In this document: piece after piece, positions 45,320 through 56,813 of the stretch | Layout of the letters: every line of letters starts with the position of its first letter | Position numbering within the stretch: position 1 is the first letter of the stretch | DNA from: Selaginella moellendorffii | Taxonomy: Eukaryota; Plantae; Lycopodiophyta | DNA: 64,000 nucleotides | Direction of reading: 5' to 3' | NCBI RefSeq assembly: GCF_000143415.4 | Contig: NW_003314275.1 | Location: 2,674,173-2,738,172, forward strand | Made by a program: the position numbers and the translations under genes | The notes under the pieces: generated by a model | What the model was told of the DNA's origin: nothing | What the model saw: only the letters and a program-made list of their open reading frames with translations | The model's database searches: none

Positions 45320-46067
45320 ATGGATCTCGCGAAGACGAGAGGGCGGGTCGTGACGCTCATCACGGCCTTCATCGTTCTCACGTTCCTTGGTAATCCCCAT
45401 CTCACATTGCACGAATTTCTTAGGCGCGCGACTGATTGATCGCGTTTTTTCTTCTACAGCCGAGAAATCCCGGCAGATTGTCGGTGAGGAGCGATCGTCG
45501 CAATCCGGGAAGTTCTCCTGGATGGACTGCTTCGATCTAGGCAGCGGCACTCTGGCGTGCTCGATCAAGGAGGGCGTCAAGCTCTACACGTACAACATCC
45601 GCTCCGGGATCGTGGAGAAATCCCGGCACAAGGCCTACGAGATCGCGCTCGAGGACGCACTCCACGAGGGCCTGTCGATCCAGGAGGCGTCCAGGGCGGC
45701 GGCGGTGGCCGGGAAGAAGGCCGCGAAGATTTCCTCGCGCAAGGCGAGGAGGATCACGGGGCCGGTCATAGCGGCGGCGTGGGATTTCTTCGAGGCGATC
45801 TACTACGGCGGAGGGCCGATCGAGGCGACGATGCGCGGCGCTGGGACGATGTGTGGGGCGTGGATGGGAGGGATCGAGGGGGAAAGGAAGCTCGGGCGGA
45901 TCGGCTATCTCATTGGCAGCCATCTGGGGAATTGGATTGGCGGGAGAGTTGGATTGATGCTCTATGACATTGGCAACGCTGCGTGGTTTCTCAAGGAGCA
46001 AGCCACTGCGATGCTTGGTGGAGGGATCACGGTAGAGGAGGAGAGTGCCGTGGAAGTGGAGCTGTGA
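45320..46067 (+). CDS. Conserved plant hypothetical membrane protein
   Basis: Exon 45320-45389 (hydrophobic) and 45460-46067 (DCFDLGSGTLACSIKEGVKLY, glycine-rich C-terminal helices). Confidence 0.8.
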
Positions 46068-46202
46068 CGATGATCCACGAATCTAGGTAGAGTTTTCGCG
46101 TGATCGATCGGGAGTGCCACCGAGAAAGAGGAAAGAACGATTTGGATGATTGTTTATAAAGTGTTTTATAGTGGAGAGGTTGATTACCTACAGAACGATG
46201 CG

Positions 46203-47107
46203 ATGGGCTCTCTTCGGTCGTGCGCGCTCGCGGTGGTGGATGGAAGCCGGGATTTCAAGCATGGAGGAGCTAGCGCTGGCGGCGCCGCTGCGAGGCGAGT
46301 GATGATCGGCGGGATTGCGAGGAGGAATGGAGCTTCTTCTTCGTCGGCTAGGGTTGTGGCTATGGCGGGCGTGGTCGTGGCGGAGCCAGTGCTGTGCATT
46401 GGCAGAACGCTTGTCTTCTACGCGTTCTTGCAGCTCGGGCTTGCGGGACGGGCAGCCTCCGGTAAGATCAATGCGGCATTGCGGCAGTTCGATCGAGAAA
46501 TACCCTGATCGATTGATTGTCACAGACGAGGAGAATGGATGGGAAGCGTGGCTCCAGCGCGTTCTTTTTGGAACTTCAGGTATACATTTCTTTGATTTCC
46601 CTCTCTTGGGAGATTTTAGGGTTCTTCCTCCGGTGCCAGGGAAGCGGAAGAACGAGAGGAACGAACAAGTGAGATTCCGGACGAAGTGGCACGCCAGCAC
46701 CAAGGGCACGCTCGTCCGGCGCTACCGCGTCCCCACCGTCGCGCAGGGCCGGAAGCTCCTCACGGCCATCTCCTCCCTGCTCTCCAGCGACGATTCCTTC
46801 CGCGATGCGAGCTCCCACAAGGTACTGCCATCGTTCTTTCGATCTCCCGCTCGATATTTCGATCAATTCCGATCGAAATATCGCTGAATCGCGCTGTCTT
46901 CTTCGCTAGGGATGCCAGATCCGCCGGGAGAATGCGCACGCCGAGTCCGTGTGCTGCCACAATGTGAGGGCTCTCCTGGACCAGCTCCCGACGCCGCATC
47001 TGGTGGTGGAAATCACGGCATTCCCTCCGGCTCCAACGATCACCGAGATCCAGTACGCCAAGGCCGAGAAGATCGAGCAGGTTCTCAGGAAGGGCGTCTC
47101 GATCTGA
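46203..47107 (+). CDS. Conserved plant hypothetical protein, possibly plastid-targeted
   Basis: Exons 46203-46461, 46526-46821 and 46910-47107; WHASTKGTLVRRYRVP...SHKGCQIRRENAHAESVCCHNVRAL. Confidence 0.75.
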
Positions 47108-47727
47108 CGAACGAGGGAATGTAAAACTAGCGCACGGTATATTCGCGTGCTCGAGTGGCGGCATATTCGCGTGACCGCCGTACTCCACAATGTCAGTACT
47201 GTTCCTTTTACCTTTTTTTTTCTGCTCACTGTGTTGTATTAATGTGCAGACATTTTCTTTTGGCAACGCAGCAACAGTTTCGATCGATCGATGCGAGATT
47301 CGTCCTGCGGTAGAACCCCACGAGGATAAGAAGGAAGGACACTTTTTTCTCTTTAAAAGATCTTTTTTCTACTGAGGAACAGCTAGGCTCCTCAGGTAAT
47401 GGTTTTCATTTGTCTCGCGATTGGTGCGAAGGAATGTGATGTTGCTGTGTTGTAGGTGAGGGAAGTGAGCGAGAAATCGGGAGAGTGGGGCGGCTCATTT
47501 AATCCACTGGACCGTCCCTCTGACTTGGGTCTTTGCTGGATTTGCGACCCACGATGGATTTTTGGAGCTGTTGGATTTGAGCTGCTGCTCCTGTCTCGAT
47601 CCGTGGCTGGTAAGACTGAGGCTCAGATTTTTCTTTTCTGCTGGACGAACTTTGGAGCAACGTTGTTGTTGTTTTGCAGCCAGGCTAGAATCCGCCCCTC
47701 TTGGAGAAGCTGTTGTGTCTGGATGCG

Positions 47728-50022
47728 ATGGAGAGCGTCAAGGCTGGCGAGAGCTACGACTCCGACGAGTGGAGCAGCAGCCACGGGGAGGAGGAGGATC
47801 ACCAGTCTGTTGGAATCAAGTGCGACAATGGGTGGGACGAAGAAGAGGCTGAAAAATCAGAATGCACGTCCCAGTCTTCGTGGGACGAGGAAGAAGACGA
47901 GCAGGACGAGGTGCAGAGCTTCTTGGAAGAGACTCCAGAGTTCCGTGCTAAAGTTCAGTACCAAGTCAGGGTGGTGGCTCTTATCCCCGGATTCGAGAAC
48001 TCGGGTCGCAAGGTCTCTACGTTTCCACACTTTTACAAGCTTCGTTTTGGGAAGAGTTTACTGGAGAAGACTGGATTCAGCTCTGCTGATCTCCTGTGCA
48101 AGTCGATGCCGCACGTAATCCAGCGACAGGCTCTGGACGAGCACGGCCAAGTTCTGTTGGTGGAATCGCCCAAGAACACGAGGATTGTTGCTGGTATAAG
48201 GTCGGGGCTGAGGAGGATTGTGTTCCACGTACTGAGGCAGTATCCCAAAGGGGTGAGCGCTGGCATTCTCGACGAGGAATGCTCCAAGTTGCTGGCCCGG
48301 CCTCTTTCCGTTGTTCTGAGCGAGCTCACATATGACACTCCCAACGTAGAGTGCATGGTGCGAGACATGGCAGACATTGCCAGCTTCAGGCAGCTTTCTA
48401 CTCCAGGAGGATCAAGAGTCTTTCTGTCGAGCGAGGCTGAAGATCCCACGCTTACCGACGGGATTTTAGTCGGCGTTCCCCGGTTGCATCACTCGAGTAA
48501 GTTTCAGCTCTTTGTGTGTTCTGCCAACTTAACTTTGAAATGTTTAGGCAAGGAGAATGGCGATTCGCATGTCAATGAAGCTGTCGCTGAGATAAACGAC
48601 ATTTTGCAAGCGAGGTTCAAGATGATCGTTTTGCTGGCACTCCATAGTCGGGGCTTGGAGATAAACAGGTTGCAAAAGACGTTCGCAGAGCTGTACACAG
48701 AAAATCTCGACTGTAGAGTTCTGGGATTCAGCCACATCGAGGAGTTGCTTGGTGCTTGGACGGATATCGCGCTCGTGCAAGAAGAGACACGCAAGGTTTT
48801 TCTACGTCCGTCAGAGAAGAACAGCCGGCTGCTAAAGACTTTGAGCTCCGGGCTCCGTTTGGCCGTCTTCTCAACGTTGCTGAAATGCTATCCTGATGGT
48901 CTGGAGCCGGCACAGGTGGTAAGCCACCTCCAGCAGTCTCAGATTTTGGAAGCGTATGGAGAAGAGCTGGAGCTGCATCAGTTTTGTTTTGTGGTCGACG
49001 ACATGATGGACTTCATTAGATTTGGCTCTCAGGAGGACGGGACTCTCGTTCTCAAGCTCAGAGATTCCAGCTTCCCTGTGGTGGAACTTCCAGAGTGCAG
49101 CCAAGCCGATGACGACGAGATTGCAAAGCTTTGCTTGGAAGGAGAGGAGAGCGCCGCCAGTCCTAAGGTGGTGCAACTCGCGGCCTTGTACCCTCCAGTG
49201 GTGGAAGTGGAAAATGACGACGATAATGGTGACGGGGAAATGGAGACTAGCGGTGAAGCTCTGGAGCAGCAGCTTCGACTCATTCTCGGATCCCCAGCTC
49301 ACGCCGAAAGCGGTTTGCTGTTACCAGATCTCGTCTCAGTCTACAAGGAAAGAAGCGGACGATCTCTCAACGCAACTCAGGTGAAGAGCTTCGCCTCTAG
49401 AACGCCGGGCCTGCTGCGGATGAGCAACGATCGCGTGTGGCTCATCGACAGCCCGAGAAACTCGAGGATCGTGTGGGTGACAAGAGCAGGATTAAGGCAG
49501 GTTCTCTACTGGGCGCTGGTGAAGAATCCCGGTGGCGTTTGGAGCGAGCTGCTGGAAGGCTGGTTCACGGATTTCACAGGCTACAGTCTGGAAGCTATTC
49601 TTCGCAGGCACGGGTACCGAGCGTCCAGCAAAGAGCCACTTCTGCCGGTTTGCGAGTTCCTGCACGACATGGGCGATCTTTGCAAGGGCCACAGCAACAG
49701 GACGGTGGAGTTTTTCACCCTGGCTGGCGGACGTGTGGAGGATCCGGTGGAGGGCGATAGCAGGCTCTTGGGATTGAGCTCCGGAGAGATCGAGTACAAT
49801 CCAGTGAAGCTGTGCTTGGAGCTTGACAAGGCGGTGCGTGGCCGACTTGGTGCCGGAGAGAAAGAGGAAGACGGACAACACAGCGAGATTTCCATGGAGC
49901 AAGAGCCATTCCCGGAAGAAAGCGAAGAAGAAGAAGAGGAAGAAGAAGAAGAGGTGGAGGAGAAGAGTAATGGCTATGATCCTCCCAAGGCTTACGCAAC
50001 ACCTCTTGTTGTGCCATCGTAG
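47728..50022 (+). CDS. Multi-LOTUS (OST-HTH) domain protein
   Basis: About six repeats of the L...L....G+....+...Y....G..L....G+..+..++...D+ pattern (e.g. LLALHSRGLEINRLQKTFAELYTENLDCRVLGFSHIEELLGAWTDI). Acidic termini; probable in-frame intron at about 48497-48547. Confidence 0.75.
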   Translation: MESVKAGESYDSDEWSSSHGEEEDHQSVGIKCDNGWDEEEAEKSECTSQSSWDEEEDEQDEVQSFLEETPEFRAKVQYQVRVVALIPGFENSGRKVSTFPHFYKLRFGKSLLEKTGFSSADLLCKSMPHVIQRQALDEHGQVLLVESPKNTRIVAGIRSGLRRIVFHVLRQYPKGVSAGILDEECSKLLARPLSVVLSELTYDTPNVECMVRDMADIASFRQLSTPGGSRVFLSSEAEDPTLTDGILVGVPRLHHSSKFQLFVCSANLTLKCLGKENGDSHVNEAVAEINDILQARFKMIVLLALHSRGLEINRLQKTFAELYTENLDCRVLGFSHIEELLGAWTDIALVQEETRKVFLRPSEKNSRLLKTLSSGLRLAVFSTLLKCYPDGLEPAQVVSHLQQSQILEAYGEELELHQFCFVVDDMMDFIRFGSQEDGTLVLKLRDSSFPVVELPECSQADDDEIAKLCLEGEESAASPKVVQLAALYPPVVEVENDDDNGDGEMETSGEALEQQLRLILGSPAHAESGLLLPDLVSVYKERSGRSLNATQVKSFASRTPGLLRMSNDRVWLIDSPRNSRIVWVTRAGLRQVLYWALVKNPGGVWSELLEGWFTDFTGYSLEAILRRHGYRASSKEPLLPVCEFLHDMGDLCKGHSNRTVEFFTLAGGRVEDPVEGDSRLLGLSSGEIEYNPVKLCLELDKAVRGRLGAGEKEEDGQHSEISMEQEPFPEESEEEEEEEEEEVEEKSNGYDPPKAYATPLVVPS

Positions 50023-50329
50023 CAGCCACATTGGGAGTTTTCTCTTCTGGATATCTTCTGTCAAGCGATGGAAGATGTTCATCGCAAGCGTCTAAAAAAT
50101 AATCACTTACCAAGTGAAAGAACTCTAAATGCTGCAATGGCTACGATGCTTTCTATGGGCGCCAAGGCTCCACTTTCAAGTATTTTCTTATCGATGGAGT
50201 TCTACGATCTCTTTCAACTCTACACATGCGTTTATATAGAATACGAGAGAAGGAAATCCAAAGGATGAGGAAGCGCGTGGAGGAGGTGCAAATTGGTACG
50301 AGTATCACGTAATCATTAAAATATGTAAT

Positions 50330-50382
50330 TCTAGTGGTTATGACACTGAACTCTGAATCCGGTAACCCGAGTTTCGCCGAAA
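50330..50382 (+). pseudogene. Degenerate inverted copy of tRNA-Gln
   Basis: tctagtggttatgacactgaactctgaatccggtaacccgagtt lacks the 5' acceptor strand and part of the T-arm. Confidence 0.8.
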
Positions 50383-50498
50383 GTTTGTTTTGTATATTCT
50401 CAATGAAAAGGTTCTAAGGTATTGATAACAAAGTTGGCAAATATATTAGAATTATCCGGTATCATCACCAGAATTGTCCGTGCATACAATAAGTTAAG

Positions 50499-50570
50499 AG
50501 GTTTCGCCGAGATTTGAACTCGGGTTACTGGATTCAGAGTCCAGTGTCATCACCACTAGACCACGAAACC
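50499..50570 (-). tRNA. tRNA-Gln (CTG)
   Basis: GGTTTCGTGGTCTAGTGGTGATGACACTGGACTCTGAATCCAGTAACCCGAGTTCAAATCTCGGCGAAACCT forms a full cloverleaf. Confidence 0.96.
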
Positions 50571-50910
50571 ATTACGTATTTAAATCACCTCATTTGGTTA
50601 TTCTAATTCTCACGGAAAGTCCAAGTGAAAGCCAAGTCTTCGATGTCGGTTTCATCATCCCGGCTGCCCTTTGGAATTTATACTGAAGCAAAGCCGAGGT
50701 GGATTGGAACAACTACAGAAAGGGAAAACAAAGAAAAAAAATAACAAAAGAAGAATCACGAAAGTCATACAAAGAAGACGAGGAATGGCAGCGAACACAA
50801 CTTCTTTTCCTTCTTGACCGTCAGCGTCTTCCCTCCAGTGTCCCCGACTTATCCAGGCCAGATCTCTCGATCCACCGCGAGCCTCCAGGATCAAAGCGAA
50901 AGGGGAGAGA

Positions 50911-52770
50911 ATGGCGATGAGTAGCAGCACCAGCAGTACCAGGGGACGGCGGCGATGGTGGAAGCGCATCTTCTCCGACAAATGGTTCACGCTCGTCGCC
51001 TCCTTCTTCGTCATGTCGTGCGCCGGCGCGCTCTACAGCTTCGGGATCTACTCGCAGCGCCTCAAGACGGCCCTCAACTACGACCAGCAAACCGTGAGCA
51101 CCATCGGCTTCTTCAAGGACCTGGGCGCCAACATCGGCATCCTGGCCGGCATCCTCTACGACGTCTCGGGCTCCTGGCTCGTCCTCCTCCTCGCCGCCAT
51201 CTTCAACGTCTTCGGCTACATGATGGCCTGGGCCTCCATCACCTCCCACCTCCCTCACCCCCCTCGGGTGTGGCACCTCTGCCTCTATCTCTGGGTCGGG
51301 GCCAGCTCCGGGGCCTTTGCCAGCACCGCCGTCATCGTCAGCTGCGTCAAGAACTTCCCCCGGAGCCGCGGCATCGTCATCGGCCTGCTCAAAGGATTCG
51401 TCGGCCTCTCCGGCGCGATGCTCACGCAGATCTATCGGACCCTCTACAGTGGCAGCGACCCCGCCTCGTTCATGCTCGTCGTTGCCTGGTTCCCCACCTT
51501 CGTCTTCCTGCTCTTCATGTTTGTCATCCGGCCTCTTCCGCATTCCACTGCTCCCATTTCTTCCGGTGATGGTGATGCGGAGGAGAAGCGACTGGAGATG
51601 AGGAACTTCTACGTCTTCCTTGCAATGGCGATCCTGTTAGCGATCTTCCTCATGACCGTCATCGTTGTCCAGCATCTAGTGGACGTCTCCGCCAGCGCGA
51701 ACCAGGCGTTCATGGCAGTCATGATCCTCATTCTGGCGCTTCCGATCGTCGTTGCCGTGGAGTCCGTGAGGAAGAGTGGCCGCAACTCAAGTCCTGCCCC
51801 GGTTCCAGCTTCGGACGATCAACACCCGAGTGATCACGAGCAGCTCAACTCCTCTCCCAAGAGCAAGGTGGTGGAAGATCATACCGCCCCAATCCAAAAC
51901 CAGCAGCACCACGAAGCCGATGACGAAGAGTCCGCGCGGAGACAGGAGGCGATCGATCCTCCATCAGTAACAGGCACTCCCCGTCTTCGAGTAAGTTGCT
52001 CTTCCTCAGCCAAGCAGTGTCTTCGAAAGTTGGCGGACGAGATCAGGCAAATGCCGCCGAGGGGAGAGGACCACACCGTTCTGCAAGCGCTGGTGAGCTT
52101 AGATCTGTGGATCGTCTTCTTTGCCACCACCGCAGGCCTGGGATCCGGCCTCATGGTGGTCGACAACTTGGGCCAGATGGGATCCTCTCTCGGCTACTCG
52201 CAGAGTAACATCGCCACCTTTGTCTCGCTCGTCAGCATCTGGAACTTCTTTGGCAGAGTTGGCTTTGGATTTGTGTCAGAGATCTTCCTCCAGAAACACG
52301 GAGCTCCCAGGCCGGTCTTCCTGGCTCTCGTTCTGGGAATTCTCGCGGTCGGCCACCTCTACCTGGCCTTCGCCTGGCCTGGAGCTTTCTACATCGGCTC
52401 CATTCTCGTCGGGATGTGCTTTGGAGCTCAAATGCCCGTCATGTTCGCTATCATCTCCGAGATCTTTGGCCTCAAATACTTCGGAACTTTGTACAACGTC
52501 GGGATCCTGGCCAGTCCTCTGGGAACTTATCTCCTCTCCGTCAAGACTGCCGGCCACCTCTACGACGTCGAGGCCGCAAAACAGCCGCAAAACGGAACAT
52601 CCTCGTCGTCGTCGCATGATCTACTGTGCTATGGACCTCAGTGCTTCCGAAACAGTCTCCTCATCATGGCCGCCGTCTGCGTCTTCGGTTGCCTGATAAG
52701 TGTATTCCTAGCTTTCAGGACCAGGCATTACTATAGATCCATTCGTTCCGCGATGAAACAGAACCTGTAA
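50911..52770 (+). CDS. Nodulin-like / NFD4-like MFS transporter
   Basis: Intronless 619 aa; GFFKDLGANIGILAG, CVKNFPRSRGIVIGLLKGFVGLSGA, RGEDHTVLQAL, ISEIFGLKYFGTLYN. Confidence 0.95.
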   Translation: MAMSSSTSSTRGRRRWWKRIFSDKWFTLVASFFVMSCAGALYSFGIYSQRLKTALNYDQQTVSTIGFFKDLGANIGILAGILYDVSGSWLVLLLAAIFNVFGYMMAWASITSHLPHPPRVWHLCLYLWVGASSGAFASTAVIVSCVKNFPRSRGIVIGLLKGFVGLSGAMLTQIYRTLYSGSDPASFMLVVAWFPTFVFLLFMFVIRPLPHSTAPISSGDGDAEEKRLEMRNFYVFLAMAILLAIFLMTVIVVQHLVDVSASANQAFMAVMILILALPIVVAVESVRKSGRNSSPAPVPASDDQHPSDHEQLNSSPKSKVVEDHTAPIQNQQHHEADDEESARRQEAIDPPSVTGTPRLRVSCSSSAKQCLRKLADEIRQMPPRGEDHTVLQALVSLDLWIVFFATTAGLGSGLMVVDNLGQMGSSLGYSQSNIATFVSLVSIWNFFGRVGFGFVSEIFLQKHGAPRPVFLALVLGILAVGHLYLAFAWPGAFYIGSILVGMCFGAQMPVMFAIISEIFGLKYFGTLYNVGILASPLGTYLLSVKTAGHLYDVEAAKQPQNGTSSSSSHDLLCYGPQCFRNSLLIMAAVCVFGCLISVFLAFRTRHYYRSIRSAMKQNL

Positions 52771-52777
52771 GCCTCAA

Positions 52778-55431
52778 CTATGACCGTAGCGGATTTCGGC
52801 TCTGTCTTCGAATATGTGATTTCCAGGCTGCCTGAATCCGTCTAGCTGCGTTGCTTCTGAAGTAGTGGGACTCGCTTCTGCACAAGCAGCTATGTAAAAG
52901 GGAATGCTGCGTTAAGATACTTACTTGAGAGCACTCAGGACCCTGGGATTGCGGATATAGCTTATGTAGTTTGCTACAACATACCGCAAATCCTTCTCCT
53001 CTAGGCTGAATGCTTCCACGCTACTTGAGCAACGAACAGTCCTCGTAGAGAAAGCCAAACCCCTTGTTGGAGCTGAACTATCCCTTCTGCTGTGCTCGCT
53101 ATTTGATGTTTCTCCTGTAACAGACAAACATGAGTTCAAAAAGTCAATGACATTGTAAAATACTTACTGGTGTTTAACGCTTCGTTGAGGCACAGATGTA
53201 GTAGCTCCTCCCCACAAAAGTCGCCCGACACAAGCGTATGTGTATTACCATTCTTCCATACGCTGTCTAGAGTACCACGTACTACAAAGATCATGCGATG
53301 TATTGGAGCATCTGCTAAAAAAACTTCGCTGCCTTCAATGTACAACATCTCGTGAAGTCTTTGACAAATTGCATCGAGAACTTTGTCATCCATCACAGTA
53401 AACAGCCGAACCTGGTAAACATGAATTAATTCAGCAACAACACCAAAATGCTGAACACAAACCTTCGTCAAGAGCTCGAAGCACAAAAAGCGACGTATTT
53501 CTTTTTGCATATCTTCGGGCAAACGATCCAAGAGTTCCTCCTCATTCACACCTCTGGTCGATGCCCATTTCAATCTCACCGCCTGTCTCACGCGCCTGTG
53601 AGTACGCGTTAGGAAGGAAAAATAAGGACAGCAATACGACATACTTTCTTAAAACTACAGGTAATTCCCGTCGCCTCATCCATCTCTCAACATCATGTCG
53701 TCGTAGCTGCATCTCAAGGTGCCTGACAAAGATATCTGTTATGTAATTTTCGACAAAAACTGACATGCATACCTGCGTCCAAGGGACTGGAGAAAATTTT
53801 GCATGTTTCCAATAAGAAGTGCAAACAAAAGTAGTCCCAGACCAATAACACCGAAAGTAAAAAACACTTCACCAACAAAAAGGCTAGGCTGCAAGTTCCC
53901 ACCGAGCGTACTAATTTGCTAAAAGATACAATGTGAGGAAACAAGAAAAATAGCAGTCATTCTTACCAAGAATCCCCAAAATAGCGAGTATACGTATTTG
54001 TGAATTGCACTGTCGTCCATGGCGACAGGAACTGCGATCGAATAGATGCCATAAGCGAAAGATGCATTCACCAGACATTTACTCGATGCATTTGAGGAAT
54101 TAGTCCAGACCAGCCGGGCCCCTTGCTGCAGTGCCTGAATGTTGTGCCCATTTCCACAGTCAAGAAATTCTTTTCTGCAGACTGGCCTTTCAGCTCGACA
54201 AGTGTTTATCAGGCACTGATTTACACGCTGCAAATTATAGGCAACATCAGTACTATGAGACTATAACCCGTGTTTCTCAGTTACCTGTAGACCGAACAAG
54301 TACCAGCATGATCCCACCACATGACCCGCAAGCAGGTAGATGAACAGATTGATGGTGAAGTTGGCCCAAGCAGTTTCAAAGATGTAGCCGCCACTCTGAG
54401 AGCGACCAAACAGCAACGGCAAAAACCTGACCATCCTNNNNNNNNNNNNNNNNNNNNNNNNNNNNNNNNNNNNNNNNNNNNNNNNNNNNNNNNNNNNNNN
54501 NNNNNNNNNNNNNNNNNNNNNNNNNNNNNNNNNNNNNNNNNNNNNNNNNNNNNNNNNNNNNNNNNNNNNNNNNNNNNNNNNNNNNNNNNNNNNNNNNNNN
54601 NNNNNNNNNNNNNNNNNNNNNNNNTAAACCAACTTTGCAAATAATGCAAGGCAATAGTTTTGGGATCGTCAATCAAAACACCAGTTCCAGATGTTTGAGA
54701 AGCAAGCGCAAAGTACGCCAATCTGAACTGCCATCCATTAAACAGCGTGTTCTATCAATCGAGAAAATTAAAGGAAAAAAGCTAAGAACAAGATACCTGA
54801 AGAAGCATGTGTATAAAGTAAATTCCATCAAAAATGCTCCTCACAATAGTCACTCCAATGGCTAACTCCTGGTTGAAGACAATGCAAAAGTATCCCTAGA
54901 GAATGAACAAGATAAGCATGAGTATAAAGCTTTTGCTTCTTCGCATAGATATTACCTGCTTGGCGGAAAATATAAAGAAGAACAAAGGATCCACAAAGAC
55001 GGCGATGAGACAGCATACTCCAAACACTTGATTCCATCTCTGGATGACTTTGGTGTGGGGATTATAAATCGCTGGCCTCCACTTGACAATCCCGAGCGCT
55101 ACCGATTTAGCCTCGCTGAAAAGGTTGCGACTCTTTTTCATCTGGAATTCTTTCACAGCTAAGTCTCAATCAAATCAAGCCTAAAGAATTCTTCTTGCTC
55201 TACCTGGCTGCCGGCCGAATAATCGATATACGAAGGGCAGGTCGTGCAAAATGGATCATCGCAGCGCCCCAGCAATCCAGACTTGAGTAGATGCTCGTGC
55301 CTGCCGCCTGGAACGGCCAATTCCCTCCCGGCGAGCTCCTCCCCATCGTCCTCCACGTCGATTCCAAAATCCTGCGAGAAATGCAGCTCCATCGACGAGC
55401 CGCCAGCGCCATCGGCCCGGTTCCGAGGCAT
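52778..55431 (-). CDS. Cyclic nucleotide-gated ion channel (CNGC19/20-like group)
   Basis: Multi-exon across an N gap; SGLLGRCDDPFCTTCP, GYIFETAWANF, LAGHVVGSCWYLFGLQRVNQCL, GDFCGEELL, IQ motif AARRIQAAWK. Confidence 0.92.
54438..54624. other. Assembly gap (N run)
   Basis: Run of n characters. Confidence 1.
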
Positions 55432-55605
55432 GCCTGCGCGAAATGGCCGAGAAAAATCCCGCGCTCGAGTTGGAGATTTCGCCGCTCCCTCGCTCCCAAT
55501 CCGCGTTCCTGTTGCTGCCGTGGAGAAAAAATCATTTGCCCTACCCGCAGAAGAAGAAATTCACAAAAAGAAGTACAAGCCGCCTTGTCCTTCACTGGGC
55601 ATATT

Positions 55606-55614
55606 TATCAGAGA

Positions 55615-55661
<47 letters not shown>

Positions 55662-55677
55662 GCTGCGCCACTCTGAT
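55606..55677 (-). tRNA. Initiator tRNA-Met (CAT)
   Basis: ATCAGAGTGGCGCAGCGGAAGCGTGTTGGGCCCATAACCCAAAGGTCGGAGGATCGAAACCTCTCTCTGATA: A1:U72 pair, three G:C pairs in the anticodon stem, GATCGAAA T-loop. Confidence 0.96.
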
Positions 55678-56165
55678 ACTACACACTAATCACGCATCGC
55701 CTTAATCCATAACCCGGTCAAACGGTAATATTCTCGAGCATATTCTTGCCAACGCGCAAGAACCGCAACTCGATCATTTATTTCATCCCACCCACCCGAG
55801 GAGAAAAAAGAAATGATCTGGCGGTCCGCGAGTAGCACAAATCCGGCGCTGACGTGGCGCCCGGACGACAAATAGAGAAATGGGAAAGTGACACACACAC
55901 TCTCTCTCCTCCCTCCTCTGTACAACACAGAGAGTGTGTGAAGCCTCTGCCCAGCCGCTGGCTATGGCGTCTTTGCTGCCCGCTATAAAACTGCCACTGC
56001 TGCCTCCCTCTCGCCGGCCCAGGTAACACAAAAAGAGATTAACGCATTGCTCCTCTCCATCCATCGATCGATGCCCGTCCCTCGTATAGATAGACATTAG
56101 CTCGCGAGAAAATAGCAGGCGAAAAAGCAAGCGCGCATTCATCGATCGAGAGGATCCTAGGATCC

Positions 56166-56813
56166 ATGGCGACGAATGGGAATGGATTCGGCCCCCACTC
56201 CAAGCTCGACAGCAGCCCGCCCAGCGATGGCAGGAGCAAGCGCTACAGCCGGAGGAGGAAATGCCTGGTGTGCGGCGGGATCACTCTGGCGGTGCTGGTG
56301 GTGATTGGCATCCTCCTCCTCATCCTGGCGCTCACCGTCTTCAAGCCCAAGAGCCCCGTCATCTCGATCGACTCGGTCCAGCTCCAATCCTTCAACGTCT
56401 CGCTCAATCTCTTGTCCCCGCGGCTGGAGCTCGGCCTCACGATGTGGGTGTCGGTCTACAATCCAAACCGGGCGAGCTTCAAGTACACAAACTCCACCAG
56501 CGTGATCACGTACCACGGCGACGAGGTTGGCAACGCCAGGATCCCAGCAGGGGAGATTGGAGCGCGCGGCCGCGAGAAATTCCCCACCGATGTTAGCATC
56601 CAGGCGATGCAAATCGTTGGAAACTCCAATCTCTTGCCGGACGTGGCCTCGGGCTCCATCCCGATCTCCACCCGGACCGTCGTCTCGGGCCGGGTTAACG
56701 TTCTCAACGTTATCAAGCGCCATGCTACGTCCACCTCGGTTTGCAATGTGACCATCTCCGTGGCCAGCCGGAACGTCCAGGATTTCAAGTGCTCGCACAA
56801 GACCAAGCTTTAA
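56166..56813 (+). CDS. LEA_2 / NDR1-HIN1-like protein
   Basis: Single TM, then VFKPKSP, VSVYNPNRASFKY, and C-terminal CNVTI...C. Confidence 0.92.
   Translation: MATNGNGFGPHSKLDSSPPSDGRSKRYSRRRKCLVCGGITLAVLVVIGILLLILALTVFKPKSPVISIDSVQLQSFNVSLNLLSPRLELGLTMWVSVYNPNRASFKYTNSTSVITYHGDEVGNARIPAGEIGARGREKFPTDVSIQAMQIVGNSNLLPDVASGSIPISTRTVVSGRVNVLNVIKRHATSTSVCNVTISVASRNVQDFKCSHKTKL

Noticed and set aside
54261-54721. ORFs containing X runs
   Set aside because: Artefacts of the assembly gap inside the CNGC gene.
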